DNA of 37,319 nt, taken from positions 1-37,319 of the forward strand of contig SLCI01000114.1 of assembly GCA_007125875.1 (NCBI GenBank). The letters are read 5' to 3'. The notes beneath the pieces are model-generated. The model searched no databases. It was not told where the DNA came from and worked only from the letters and a program-made list of their open reading frames with translations. The DNA comes from Kiritimatiellia bacterium. Lineage in GTDB: Bacteria > Verrucomicrobiota > Kiritimatiellia > SLAD01. The position numbers and the translations under genes were made by a program. Below are positions 7,855 to 16,559 of this stretch, in pieces (the stretch's first letter is position 1; every line of letters starts with the position of its first letter).

Positions 7855-10695
7855 TCAGCGTCGCAAGACGTCTTTGAGATAGCGACCCGTGTGCGATTTC
7901 GGGTTCTTGGCTAACTCTTCCGGTGTACCGCATCCGACCACATGGCCGCCACCGGTGCCCCCTTCCGGCCCCAGGTCGATTAGGTAATCCGCGGTCTTGA
8001 TCACATCAAGATTGTGCTCAATCACAATCACGGTGTTGCCCGCGTCGCGCAAACGGGTCAGCACGCCCAGTAAGCGATGGATATCGGCAAAATGTAAGCC
8101 GGTGGTCGGCTCATCAAGCAGATACAGCGTGTTGCCAGTATCACGTCGACTGAGCTCGGCCGACAACTTCATGCGCTGCGCTTCGCCACCTGACAGGGTG
8201 GTGGCCGACTGGCCCAACGACAGATAACCCAAACCCACATCATCAAGACTTTTCAATTTGCGTGCGATTTTGGGAATGTGCTCAAAGAATTCCAGCGCTT
8301 CCTCGATCGTCATATCGAGCACCTCCGCGATGCTCTTGCCGTGATAATGGACTTCCAGCGTTTCCCGGTTGTAGCGTTTGCCGCCGCATTGTTCACACGT
8401 CACGTAGACATCGGGCAGAAAATGCATCTCGATCTTGATGATGCCGTCGCCCTTGCAGGCCTCGCAGCGTCCGCCCTTTACGTTGAAGCTGAAGCGGCCC
8501 GGCCCGTACCCGCGCATTTTTGCCGCGGGTAACTGCGAAAACAAATCACGGATGAGTGAAAAGGTACCGGTGTATGTCGCCGGATTACTGCGGGGCGTGC
8601 GCCCGATCGGTGACTGATCGATCACAATCACCTTGTCGACTTTTTTGAGTCCATCAATCGACTGATGCTGACCGGGACGGTCCTTGGATTTAAAGAAGTG
8701 CTGAAAGAGAGCCTTTCGCAAGATGTCATCGACCAATGTGCTCTTCCCACTACCCGACACACCGGTAACACAGACAAACAGGCCGAGCGGGAATTTGACC
8801 GTAACGTTTTGGAGATTATTCGCTGCCGCCCCTTTGATGGTAACAAAACCATTCTTCGGCTTGTTGCGTTTAGCTGGGACTTCGATTTGCTCCCGCCCAG
8901 TCAAATACTGAGCTGTCAACGATCGCTCGTTTTTCAACAAGCCATCCAACTCACCGGCATACACGACCTCTCCACCATGCACACCAGCGCGTGGTCCCAA
9001 GTCGATAATGTAGTCCGACTCTTGGATGGTCTGCTCATCATGTTCGACCACAACCACAGTGTTTCCCAAGTCCCTCAGGTTCTGCAACGTCTGCAAGAGG
9101 CGCTCATTGTCACGTTGATGCAGCCCAATACTGGGTTCATCCAGGACATACAAGACGCCCACTAGACCTGCGCCGATTTGGGTTGCGAGTCGAATTCGTT
9201 GTGCTTCGCCACCCGAAAGTGTCCCGCTTTCTCGGTCTAACGTAAGGTAGCCTAACCCCACATTGATCAGGAAACGCAGGCGCTCACGGATCTCCTTGAG
9301 AATCTCGTTAGCGATTTGGGCGTCTTGAGAGGACAACTGCAATGAATCAAAGAATTCATGCGCATCCGTGATCGACATTCGACAGACATCCACAATCGAG
9401 CGACCGCCCACATAGCAGGATAGCGACTCTGCCTTCAGACGCGCACCGTCACAGGCCTTACAATGCTGTCGACTCATATAGCCGTGCAGTCGCTGTCGCG
9501 TGAACTCGCTGTCTGTCTCCTCCAAGCGCCGCTCGAGATTGGGGATCACACCCTCAAACGGTTTTTCATAACGATGATGTGCCCCACCCCGCCAAAATCC
9601 GAATTCGATTTCCTCGTCTTCCGAGCCATACAAAAGCACCTGCTGAAACGCCTTTGGCAATTTGTTTAACGGCGTATTCATACTGACGCCGTAGTGTTTG
9701 GCGAGCGCGCGCAGCAAGCCCTTGTAGTAAATGATCAAACGACGCCCACCGCGGCGCCAGGCGTGCACCGCGCCGTCATCAAGCGAAAGAGAGGGATCGG
9801 GAATCACGAGTGATTCGTCGAACACGAGCATGGTGCCGAGCCCATGACAGACCGAACACGCGCCATATGGACTATTGAATGAGAAATGGCGCGGCGTCAG
9901 CGTGTCGAAACTCAGGCCACACGGAATACAGGCGTTCCGCTCCGAGTAGAGCGTCTCCTGCCACTCGTTTTTGCCCTTCTCGGTTAAGGCAATCAACACA
10001 CCGTCCGCCGTGTGTAAGGCGGTCTCGACCGAATCGGTGAGTCGCGACCGCACCTTTTCGTCAATCATCAGACGATCAACCACCACTTCGATCGTGTGCA
10101 CCTTCTTCTTGTCCAGTTTGGGTACGTCATCAACTTCGTAAATGCCGCCATCAACCCGAACACGCACATAGCCTTGCTTGCGCACCGAGGCCAGCACTTC
10201 TTCGTGCTCACCTTTGCGCCCTTGAACCATCGGCGCCAACAACATCAGGCGGGTTTTGGCCGGCAGACGAAGCAATTGATCAACGATTTCTTCGGCGCTT
10301 TGGCGCGTGATTGCTTGACCGCATTTGGGGCAATGTGCCTGACCGATATTGGCATACAGCAGACGCAGGTAGTCGTGAATCTCAGTCGTCGTTGCGACGA
10401 TTGAGCGCGGATTCGACCCGGCCATCCGTTGCTCGATCGAAATCGCGGGAGAGAGCCCCTCGATGTAATCCACATCGGGTTTCTGCATCTGATCCAGAAA
10501 CTGTCGGGCATAAGCCGAAAGACTCTCTACGTATTTGCGTTGCCCTTCGGCGTACAGCGTATCAAAGGCCAAGGAAGATTTGCCCGATCCGCTCAGGCCG
10601 GTAATCGTAGTCAATCGGTTGCGTGGAATCTCAACCGATATGTTCTTGAGGTTGTGTTCCCGAGCGCCTGCAACGACAATCCATTCCGTACTCAT
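7855..10695 (-). CDS. uvrA: Excinuclease ABC subunit A
   Basis: [23 protein letters not shown], two LSGGEAQR signatures, second Walker [10 protein letters not shown], zinc fingers. Confidence 0.98.
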   Translation of the reverse strand: MSTEWIVVAGAREHNLKNISVEIPRNRLTTITGLSGSGKSSLAFDTLYAEGQRKYVESLSAYARQFLDQMQKPDVDYIEGLSPAISIEQRMAGSNPRSIVATTTEIHDYLRLLYANIGQAHCPKCGQAITRQSAEEIVDQLLRLPAKTRLMLLAPMVQGRKGEHEEVLASVRKQGYVRVRVDGGIYEVDDVPKLDKKKVHTIEVVVDRLMIDEKVRSRLTDSVETALHTADGVLIALTEKGKNEWQETLYSERNACIPCGLSFDTLTPRHFSFNSPYGACSVCHGLGTMLVFDESLVIPDPSLSLDDGAVHAWRRGGRRLIIYYKGLLRALAKHYGVSMNTPLNKLPKAFQQVLLYGSEDEEIEFGFWRGGAHHRYEKPFEGVIPNLERRLEETDSEFTRQRLHGYMSRQHCKACDGARLKAESLSCYVGGRSIVDVCRMSITDAHEFFDSLQLSSQDAQIANEILKEIRERLRFLINVGLGYLTLDRESGTLSGGEAQRIRLATQIGAGLVGVLYVLDEPSIGLHQRDNERLLQTLQNLRDLGNTVVVVEHDEQTIQESDYIIDLGPRAGVHGGEVVYAGELDGLLKNERSLTAQYLTGREQIEVPAKRNKPKNGFVTIKGAAANNLQNVTVKFPLGLFVCVTGVSGSGKSTLVDDILRKALFQHFFKSKDRPGQHQSIDGLKKVDKVIVIDQSPIGRTPRSNPATYTGTFSLIRDLFSQLPAAKMRGYGPGRFSFNVKGGRCEACKGDGIIKIEMHFLPDVYVTCEQCGGKRYNRETLEVHYHGKSIAEVLDMTIEEALEFFEHIPKIARKLKSLDDVGLGYLSLGQSATTLSGGEAQRMKLSAELSRRDTGNTLYLLDEPTTGLHFADIHRLLGVLTRLRDAGNTVIVIEHNLDVIKTADYLIDLGPEGGTGGGHVVGCGTPEELAKNPKSHTGRYLKDVLRR

Positions 10696-11468
10696 AAACG
10701 ATATTCAGTCATCAATCGCTTCTCGGTTTCGCCTTCAACAATGGCAGCCCGGACTTCGACAAAAGGAACCAAGGAAGAATTGTGCAACTTTTTACGCAAA
10801 AGATTATCCATTTGGAAAATACCGGCGGAGTTATGCAACTCGACATCAATCCGTACAGGACGCTCTTCCCCCTTTTTGATATTCACGGCTTTCACCGCCA
10901 ACGCGGATACAGAGTGAATATTAACTTGGCCGGAATCAAAGGGAATCCGCGAGCGCCCTTCCGTCATATCCAAGGCATCGCCCAGCTTTACGCAACCTGC
11001 TTCAATCGTCAGACAACGCTGATCGGAATTATGCGCAATAATGGCATGCAGCACTTCAGCGACCATCGCCGTCAATTGCGGTTCAGGGTAAATGGAGGCT
11101 AGCAATTGCCGCGCCTTCGGATAGGCAATGATCAAACTGTAGCGTTCATGGTCATCGCGATGAATGGATATACCGACATCATGCAATGCGGAAGCCAATA
11201 CCACGATCACTTCGGCATCCTCCGTCGTCAAGCCGTGATCTTTCACCGCACTGGGAGTGACACCGCCGGAAATCAGCAACCGCAACACGCGCAGTGCCGC
11301 GTTCGTGATAATCCGAATGTGTACTTCGCCGTGATCGCTGATACCAAAACGATCCACAGCATTTACATTCGCGGATTTCCACAGTTGATTCAGCTCTGCA
11401 TCGGAATCAATCAATTCAAGTAATCGTTTGAGCTTGTCGTTATCCTTTACGGGAACTTTTAAAGACAT
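10692..11468 (-). CDS. HD-domain metal-dependent phosphohydrolase
   Basis: DHGEVH...LHDVG...AH...[20 protein letters not shown] before MSLKV (11468). 4-bp overlap with uvrA. Confidence 0.88.
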   Translation of the reverse strand: MSLKVPVKDNDKLKRLLELIDSDAELNQLWKSANVNAVDRFGISDHGEVHIRIITNAALRVLRLLISGGVTPSAVKDHGLTTEDAEVIVVLASALHDVGISIHRDDHERYSLIIAYPKARQLLASIYPEPQLTAMVAEVLHAIIAHNSDQRCLTIEAGCVKLGDALDMTEGRSRIPFDSGQVNIHSVSALAVKAVNIKKGEERPVRIDVELHNSAGIFQMDNLLRKKLHNSSLVPFVEVRAAIVEGETEKRLMTEYRL

Positions 11469-11492
11469 AATACCATCCTCAATAATCAATCA

Positions 11493-12929
11493 TCACGTCG
11501 GTGTATCTTTCGGAACGGCCAACGTACCATTATGGAACTCAATCACATGGCCTTTCTCAAGCAGCCAAGTGAGCGGTTGCAAGACCTCCCCCATCTGTTC
11601 AGGATGCTCACTGGTACCGGGCCGAATACCCTCCAATAACTCGGTCCGGCGACAACCGGGATGCGCTTTCAGCCAGATCAGGATTTCGCGAATCACCTCA
11701 ATTACGCGACTCGGATCAACGGGCTTTGGTTCTACGGCTGTCACGAAGAAAGAGCCGTCCGTTGTTTCGAACAAATGCAGCCCCATACGTCGAAATGCCC
11801 CTTTTAGGGCACGGACCAGGGTGACAGGGAAACGTTGTTCTCGCTGCCATGCAGCACGTAGAACACGAATGAAACGCTGATCGGACAAATCGCGACTGTT
11901 TTTACCCGAAATCACGCTACGATGAACGACTTTCACATTACGAGAAACGACCTGCTCAGCGACGTAGGCGCGCGCTGCAGCCAAGTCTATTGGCTCCGCG
12001 GGCTCTTCCGATTCTTCATTTTTCAAACGGTACACGGTATCTTGCCGACACTCGGTCTTCCATTGTTCCACCAGCTCCGGATCACGAATGGTTTCGATCT
12101 CCCGTCGATAAGCGTCAATCTGTATGTGGGGAAAACGGGTGCGATGCAGCTCGTCTAGCTTCTCATTGTAGCCGTGATAATTTGGTGGGCCCAACAACAC
12201 ACCACTCAGTCGGCAGCGCGCCACGCAGACGAAATTACCGGCTGGCGGCTCTTTCTCGACCGTCTCAGCATCGAATAGCTGGTTCAATGCTTCTTGAGCA
12301 ACGGCTTGCTCGGCCGCTCCGCGCGACGTGAACACATGTCCCGAAAGCCTCGATTCGTACCACTCCAAGACATAGACTCCACCGGTCTTTTTATTCGCCT
12401 CAATCTTCACCAGATGCCACTCCGGCTTGTTAAGAAACATGTGAGCCAATTCAGGCAATGGGAACGCATGTTTGGCTGCACGGATGTCGCTCGCCATTGT
12501 GGCTAACCGGTCTTGTTCCGGCAGGAACGCCACTTGCACGGGTAAAGGTGGTTCAGGCTTTCTGTGCGGTGGCCGGCCACCGCGATCTTGTGGTCGCCCA
12601 TCGTGTCGCGGCCCGCGATTCTGACGATCGGCAGTACGCGCATCGCCCCCGCGCCCTTCCGGACGGCGCTGTCCAGCACGCTGCGGCTGACGATCACCCG
12701 GCGATCTGCGCTCCCGGCGATCTCGACGATCCGCACCCCCAGGGCGACGATCGAAACGTCCCTGCTTTCGGCCCCGACGTTCGCTTGTTTCGCCGCTAAA
12801 ATCACCGTACGGATCCTTGGCCGGCGGTTTCCGTGCCCAAGCAGGAACGAAATTTAAATCCAGCACCAGCGAGGATACGCCAGGCTCACGCGGTCCACCG
12901 GACTGCTCTTTTTTATCTTCGTTCTGCAT
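11493..12929 (-). CDS. Hypothetical protein with Arg/Gly-rich disordered N-terminus and possible C-terminal winged helix
   Basis: 478-aa ORF co-oriented with HD and uvrA, protein-like composition. No family recognised with certainty. Confidence 0.8.
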   Translation of the reverse strand: MQNEDKKEQSGGPREPGVSSLVLDLNFVPAWARKPPAKDPYGDFSGETSERRGRKQGRFDRRPGGADRRDRRERRSPGDRQPQRAGQRRPEGRGGDARTADRQNRGPRHDGRPQDRGGRPPHRKPEPPLPVQVAFLPEQDRLATMASDIRAAKHAFPLPELAHMFLNKPEWHLVKIEANKKTGGVYVLEWYESRLSGHVFTSRGAAEQAVAQEALNQLFDAETVEKEPPAGNFVCVARCRLSGVLLGPPNYHGYNEKLDELHRTRFPHIQIDAYRREIETIRDPELVEQWKTECRQDTVYRLKNEESEEPAEPIDLAAARAYVAEQVVSRNVKVVHRSVISGKNSRDLSDQRFIRVLRAAWQREQRFPVTLVRALKGAFRRMGLHLFETTDGSFFVTAVEPKPVDPSRVIEVIREILIWLKAHPGCRRTELLEGIRPGTSEHPEQMGEVLQPLTWLLEKGHVIEFHNGTLAVPKDTPT

Positions 12930-13041
12930 AAGACACTCGTATTCTTCCTGTTTGGTCTGCTGGAGATTTGGTGTACTATAATCGACTCAGACAACAGATT
13001 GCACGCGATATCTACGTCGCACAGAATGGAACAAGCTAACG

Positions 13042-14775
13042 ATGAATAAAGCCGACTCACAGGCTCCGCAAGAAGCCGAGAAATACTCTTCAGCCATCAC
13101 GCTCTCCGATATGGAGATTTTCATCTTTCCTGAGCTGCTCTACAGCCTTTTGCTGGCCAACATCATGTCACCCCGCATCTGGGCTTGGCGCAGTCATCCA
13201 TGGTTTGATGGCCTCGAAAAGATGAATCCGTACCGTCGCATTCTGCGACTCAAGCAGTTCATCATGGACCAGTACGAGTTCAACCTTGATCTCGACACGT
13301 GGGGCTTAACCGACAAAGAGCGTGAGCTAGCACGTTTTCGCGGCATCGTGGACGAAGATACGCTACGTCAAAGTAATGCGCTGTTCGGTTACGAGGGCGA
13401 TAAGTATTATTTTGATATCGATATCCGCCGCCATTTCGGACTCGATAAGTACACCTCGGACATTATCCCCTACTGGAAGACCGAAACGATCGAAGCGATG
13501 GATGCCTTCCAGTTTCGAGAAGGCTATCGGCAAGGCGCGGGAGAATGCGTCTCACTTTCGACCTTGTATGCGGCCGCCCTCTTCGTCGTGGCAGGCATTC
13601 CACTAGAAGACATTTATCTGATTGCTACGCCGCTTCACTCACAGAACTTCGTGGATGTTAAAGAAGGGATTCTGACCAACAACCGTCGCATCGTCACCAA
13701 GAACATGTGGTTCAATGGCACCGAGCTTACATATAAAGCGCAGCGTGCGATCCGAAATGAGCAAATTACAATTGTGGCACATAACAGTGGCTACATCCAT
13801 TCGGTCTATCCCGAAGCCTCTATTGCCCCCGACGCATACAAGCAATTTCAACAGCGTCTGAATGCGTTTCTCGTAACGGAAATTAACGCTGAAATCATGG
13901 CCAACTTCTTGCGGCAGGAGAGCCAGTTGCAAAGCTGCTTCCAAGTGATGGGCCAATGCCATGGCAAGACTCGATATATTCCGGCCGAGCGCCTTTATGC
14001 CTATGAGCACAATAGTCCCTACCGAGTCAGCGATCATACGCGTGACAAGCTCATCTGCGAGATTGACGAGGACGAATTCTATCCTGACCCCATACCGGGC
14101 CGGGTCGCCATGCATATGTTCGAGGACTTCTTCAAGAAAAACAAAATTAATTTATCTAAGCCTGAAGATCTTGAACGGTTACGCTCCCAATTCGTCTGCA
14201 ATAATTCGCATAGCGATGAGATTTTGGAAAAATTGATCGATTTTTGCAGGATCGCGCCCAGATATCCGGATGCGGAGACGGCCAAGACATTCGTCACACG
14301 CCCACACATCGCGTTGACTCCCGACCTGGATCGACACGAAGTCATCGACTATCTGGAGTCCATTCGCTCTTCGCATCCGATCGCCGATTTAGCGTTCTAC
14401 GCCTATCGTGATATGAATCGCTGCGACTGGGGCCCTTTCCTGAAGGCCGCGCTAGAGCGTAACCCTGTTTGTATCGAGAGCACACAATCGCTCGATGATA
14501 AGGCAGTGATTGATCGGCTTACACAACTGGAAGAGCATTCGATTTATGATGGGCCGCGTCTCGCGCAACCTGACGAGGTGTGGAATTTTCAGCGCGGTGA
14601 TGGATTGGAGAAAGCATTGACACTGGCGACCATTTGGAAGAGCCGGCATCCGAACGACATCATTATTTTGAATGTATCGAATGACGTGGCCTCGTTGAAG
14701 TACGGCCATCAAGAGTCCACCTGGCCGACCAGCAAAGAACTGACGTACGAGGCCGTGTTGACCGGTGATGCATAA
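13042..14775 (+). CDS. Hypothetical protein, putative tandem transglutaminase-like (papain-fold) domains
   Basis: 577-aa ORF with GAGECVSLS (Cys169), PLHSQNFV (His199) and C-terminal QPDEVWNFQRGDGLEKA. CDS is secure; the fold call is inference. Confidence 0.8.
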   Translation: MNKADSQAPQEAEKYSSAITLSDMEIFIFPELLYSLLLANIMSPRIWAWRSHPWFDGLEKMNPYRRILRLKQFIMDQYEFNLDLDTWGLTDKERELARFRGIVDEDTLRQSNALFGYEGDKYYFDIDIRRHFGLDKYTSDIIPYWKTETIEAMDAFQFREGYRQGAGECVSLSTLYAAALFVVAGIPLEDIYLIATPLHSQNFVDVKEGILTNNRRIVTKNMWFNGTELTYKAQRAIRNEQITIVAHNSGYIHSVYPEASIAPDAYKQFQQRLNAFLVTEINAEIMANFLRQESQLQSCFQVMGQCHGKTRYIPAERLYAYEHNSPYRVSDHTRDKLICEIDEDEFYPDPIPGRVAMHMFEDFFKKNKINLSKPEDLERLRSQFVCNNSHSDEILEKLIDFCRIAPRYPDAETAKTFVTRPHIALTPDLDRHEVIDYLESIRSSHPIADLAFYAYRDMNRCDWGPFLKAALERNPVCIESTQSLDDKAVIDRLTQLEEHSIYDGPRLAQPDEVWNFQRGDGLEKALTLATIWKSRHPNDIIILNVSNDVASLKYGHQESTWPTSKELTYEAVLTGDA

Positions 14776-14811
14776 GATCGGCTTCCACTGCTTTTCGGTC
14801 CATTCTCCTCC

Positions 14812-14834
14812 GACATGACGGAGCACGTCCCTCC
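14812..14834 (-). repeat. GGAG-type REP unit
   Basis: Reverse complement GGAGGGACGTGCTCCGTCATGTC fits the GGAGGG-N5-CTCYG-N7 register of the units at 59-81 and 111-133. Confidence 0.6.
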
Positions 14835-14890
14835 GCAATGCTTCTGCAGTAACTGGCTTTGCTTAAGGTGTACCGGAGGGGCAACCTTCC

Positions 14891-15138
14891 TAGGCTGTCT
14901 CAAAACCAGCTCGTCCCACCTCACAATAGTTAAGTCGCGTCCCAGTGTGGTAGGGCGAATCCTCTGGATGAGCCGTGAGCATGATCCGAGCGTGGGCAGA
15001 TTCTGGTCTTGCACCTACTCCAGCGGCTCGGCGAGACCCGCCGGAGGACGGGCAGGCAGCCTCGCCTTACCGCTGTTTCATGGTATAGGTGAAGCGCACT
15101 CCAAAATCCAGGATGAGCCGGGGTTGTGAGACCCCCTC
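14891..15138. mobile_element. 248-bp MITE-like element (IS1182-like ends) carrying a GTAG REP doublet
   Basis: Imperfect TIRs TAGGCTGTCTCAAAACC / GAGGGGGTCTCACAACC (13/17), flanking TTCC direct repeats (14887-14890, 15139-15142), no transposase, second partial copy at 19318-19498. Confidence 0.7.
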
Positions 15139-15139
15139 T

Positions 15140-15169
15140 TCCGCCTCCGCCAAGGCTACGGCGGATAGG
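15140..15169. repeat. 30-bp palindromic element
   Basis: TCCGCC-TCCGCCAAGGCTAC-GGCGGA-TAGG. Interrupts a GGAG REP whose halves lie at 14875-14887 and 15170-15179. Confidence 0.6.
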
Positions 15170-15222
15170 CTGTGTTGCCCTGAGAATGTACAGAATCATT
15201 AAAGCAACTGGGATGAGAGCCA

Positions 15223-15726
15223 CTATAGTTTTTTTGCCTTCGCAAGTCCCAGTCGGCTTTGATGCAAATGGCTGATCGCCAAGGCCAGTGCATCGGCGGC
15301 GTCGTCGGGTGGCTCTTCGTCGAGCGATAGCAACACCTTGATCATGCGTGCAATTTGTTCCTTGTGGGCATTGCCATTGCCCACCACGGCCTGCTTCACG
15401 GATCTGGGGGAATACTCAAAGATTTCAAGCTTGTGCAAAGCGCATACGGCCAGCACAACTCCGCGCGCTTGCCCTAAGGTCACAGCGGTACGAACATTTT
15501 TGCTGAAAAAGATCCCTTCAATCGCAACGACATCGGGTTTATCCCGCAGGATAAATTGCTCCATCTCGCGGTATAGATGCGCCAACGATTCACTGTGCGA
15601 GCGCGAAGCAGGGTTCCGGATTCGATCCCAGCTAATACACTGGTAGGAAGAGCCGCGGGCTTCGACCACACCTACGCCGGAAGATCGTAGCGACGTATCA
15701 ACGCCCAATACGCGTTGATCAGGCAT
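15223..15726 (-). CDS. ruvC: Holliday junction resolvase RuvC
   Basis: VLGVDTS, VAIEGIFF, LGQARGV, VKQAVVGNGNAHKEQI, DAADALALAISH; directly downstream of yebC. Start taken at MPDQR. Confidence 0.95.
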   Translation of the reverse strand: MPDQRVLGVDTSLRSSGVGVVEARGSSYQCISWDRIRNPASRSHSESLAHLYREMEQFILRDKPDVVAIEGIFFSKNVRTAVTLGQARGVVLAVCALHKLEIFEYSPRSVKQAVVGNGNAHKEQIARMIKVLLSLDEEPPDDAADALALAISHLHQSRLGLAKAKKL

Positions 15727-16483
15727 CCTCGTCCTTTTCAATCGCCTCTAAGAGCTCATCGGAGATATCAAAATTTGAGTAGACGTTCTGAACATCATCC
15801 AAATCTTCGAGCATTTCGACAAAGCGCAGCAAGGCCTTCGCTTGCGCCAAATCCGTAACGGGCATGTAACTCTCCGGCAGTAGCGTGAGATCGGAATTTT
15901 GCACCGGGATCTCTTTCGACTCCAGCGCCCCTAACACTTCGGTGTAGGCTGAAGGATCCGTGATGATCTGGAAATAGTCGCCCTCGTTGGTCAACTCTTC
16001 TGCACCGCTTTCGAGGGCAAGTTCCAGCAGCTCATCCTCCTTCGCCGCCTCGGTCGAGACTTCGATCAAGCCCTTGCGATTAAAGGTACGCGTCACACTG
16101 CCCTGTCCAGCGAGGCTGCCGTTATTTTTTGTGAATGCATGCCGGATGTCAGCGGCTGAACGATTCCGGTTATCGGTTAAAGCTTGAGCAATAATGGCGA
16201 TGCCGCCAGCGGCATAGCCCTCATACATGATCTCCTCCATTTGCTCGCCTTCGAGCTCACCGGTGCCCTTCTTGATCGCCCGATCGATATTGTCTGCCGG
16301 CATGTTTACAGATCGAGCCTTCTGCACGAGCGTGCGCAAGGTGATGTTAGCGGCCGGATCACCACCGCCTTGACGCGCGGCAACGGTCATTTCCTTGGCG
16401 ATCTTGCTGAATACCTTACCGCGCTTTGCGTCCGCAGCCGCCTTCTTGTGCTTAATCGTTGACCATTTGCTATGTCCACTCAT
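15719..16483 (-). CDS. yebC: YebC/PmpR family protein
   Basis: MSGHSKWSTIKHKK, YEGY, LTDNRNRS, LEDLDDVQNVYSN. Confidence 0.97.
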   Translation of the reverse strand: MSGHSKWSTIKHKKAAADAKRGKVFSKIAKEMTVAARQGGGDPAANITLRTLVQKARSVNMPADNIDRAIKKGTGELEGEQMEEIMYEGYAAGGIAIIAQALTDNRNRSAADIRHAFTKNNGSLAGQGSVTRTFNRKGLIEVSTEAAKEDELLELALESGAEELTNEGDYFQIITDPSAYTEVLGALESKEIPVQNSDLTLLPESYMPVTDLAQAKALLRFVEMLEDLDDVQNVYSNFDISDELLEAIEKDEDA

Positions 16484-16510
16484 ATCCGACCTCTCTATCC
16501 CAGCAAGAGT

Positions 16511-16537
16511 CGAGGCAGATCGTACTGACCTGCCTCG
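16511..16537 (-). terminator. Intergenic stem-loop after the EF-G paralogue (weak terminator or mRNA stabiliser)
   Basis: Minus strand CGAGGCAGGTC-AGTAC-GATCTGCCTCG, 11-bp stem with one G-U. U-tract is poor. Confidence 0.45.
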
Positions 16538-16559
16538 CTCAGCGAATCATTGGATGTTC

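Noticed and set aside
12930-13041. LexA/SOS box upstream of the uvrA operon
   Set aside because: No convincing CTGT-N8-ACAG, GAAC-N4-GTTC or TGTTC-N4-GAACA palindrome. Promoter candidates (TATAAT at 12977; TTGCAC-17-CAGAAT) are ambiguous.
14709-15223. ORFs 14709..15014, 14815..15129, 14930..15223
   Set aside because: They lie on the MITE/REP nest, with no transposase or other recognisable motifs.
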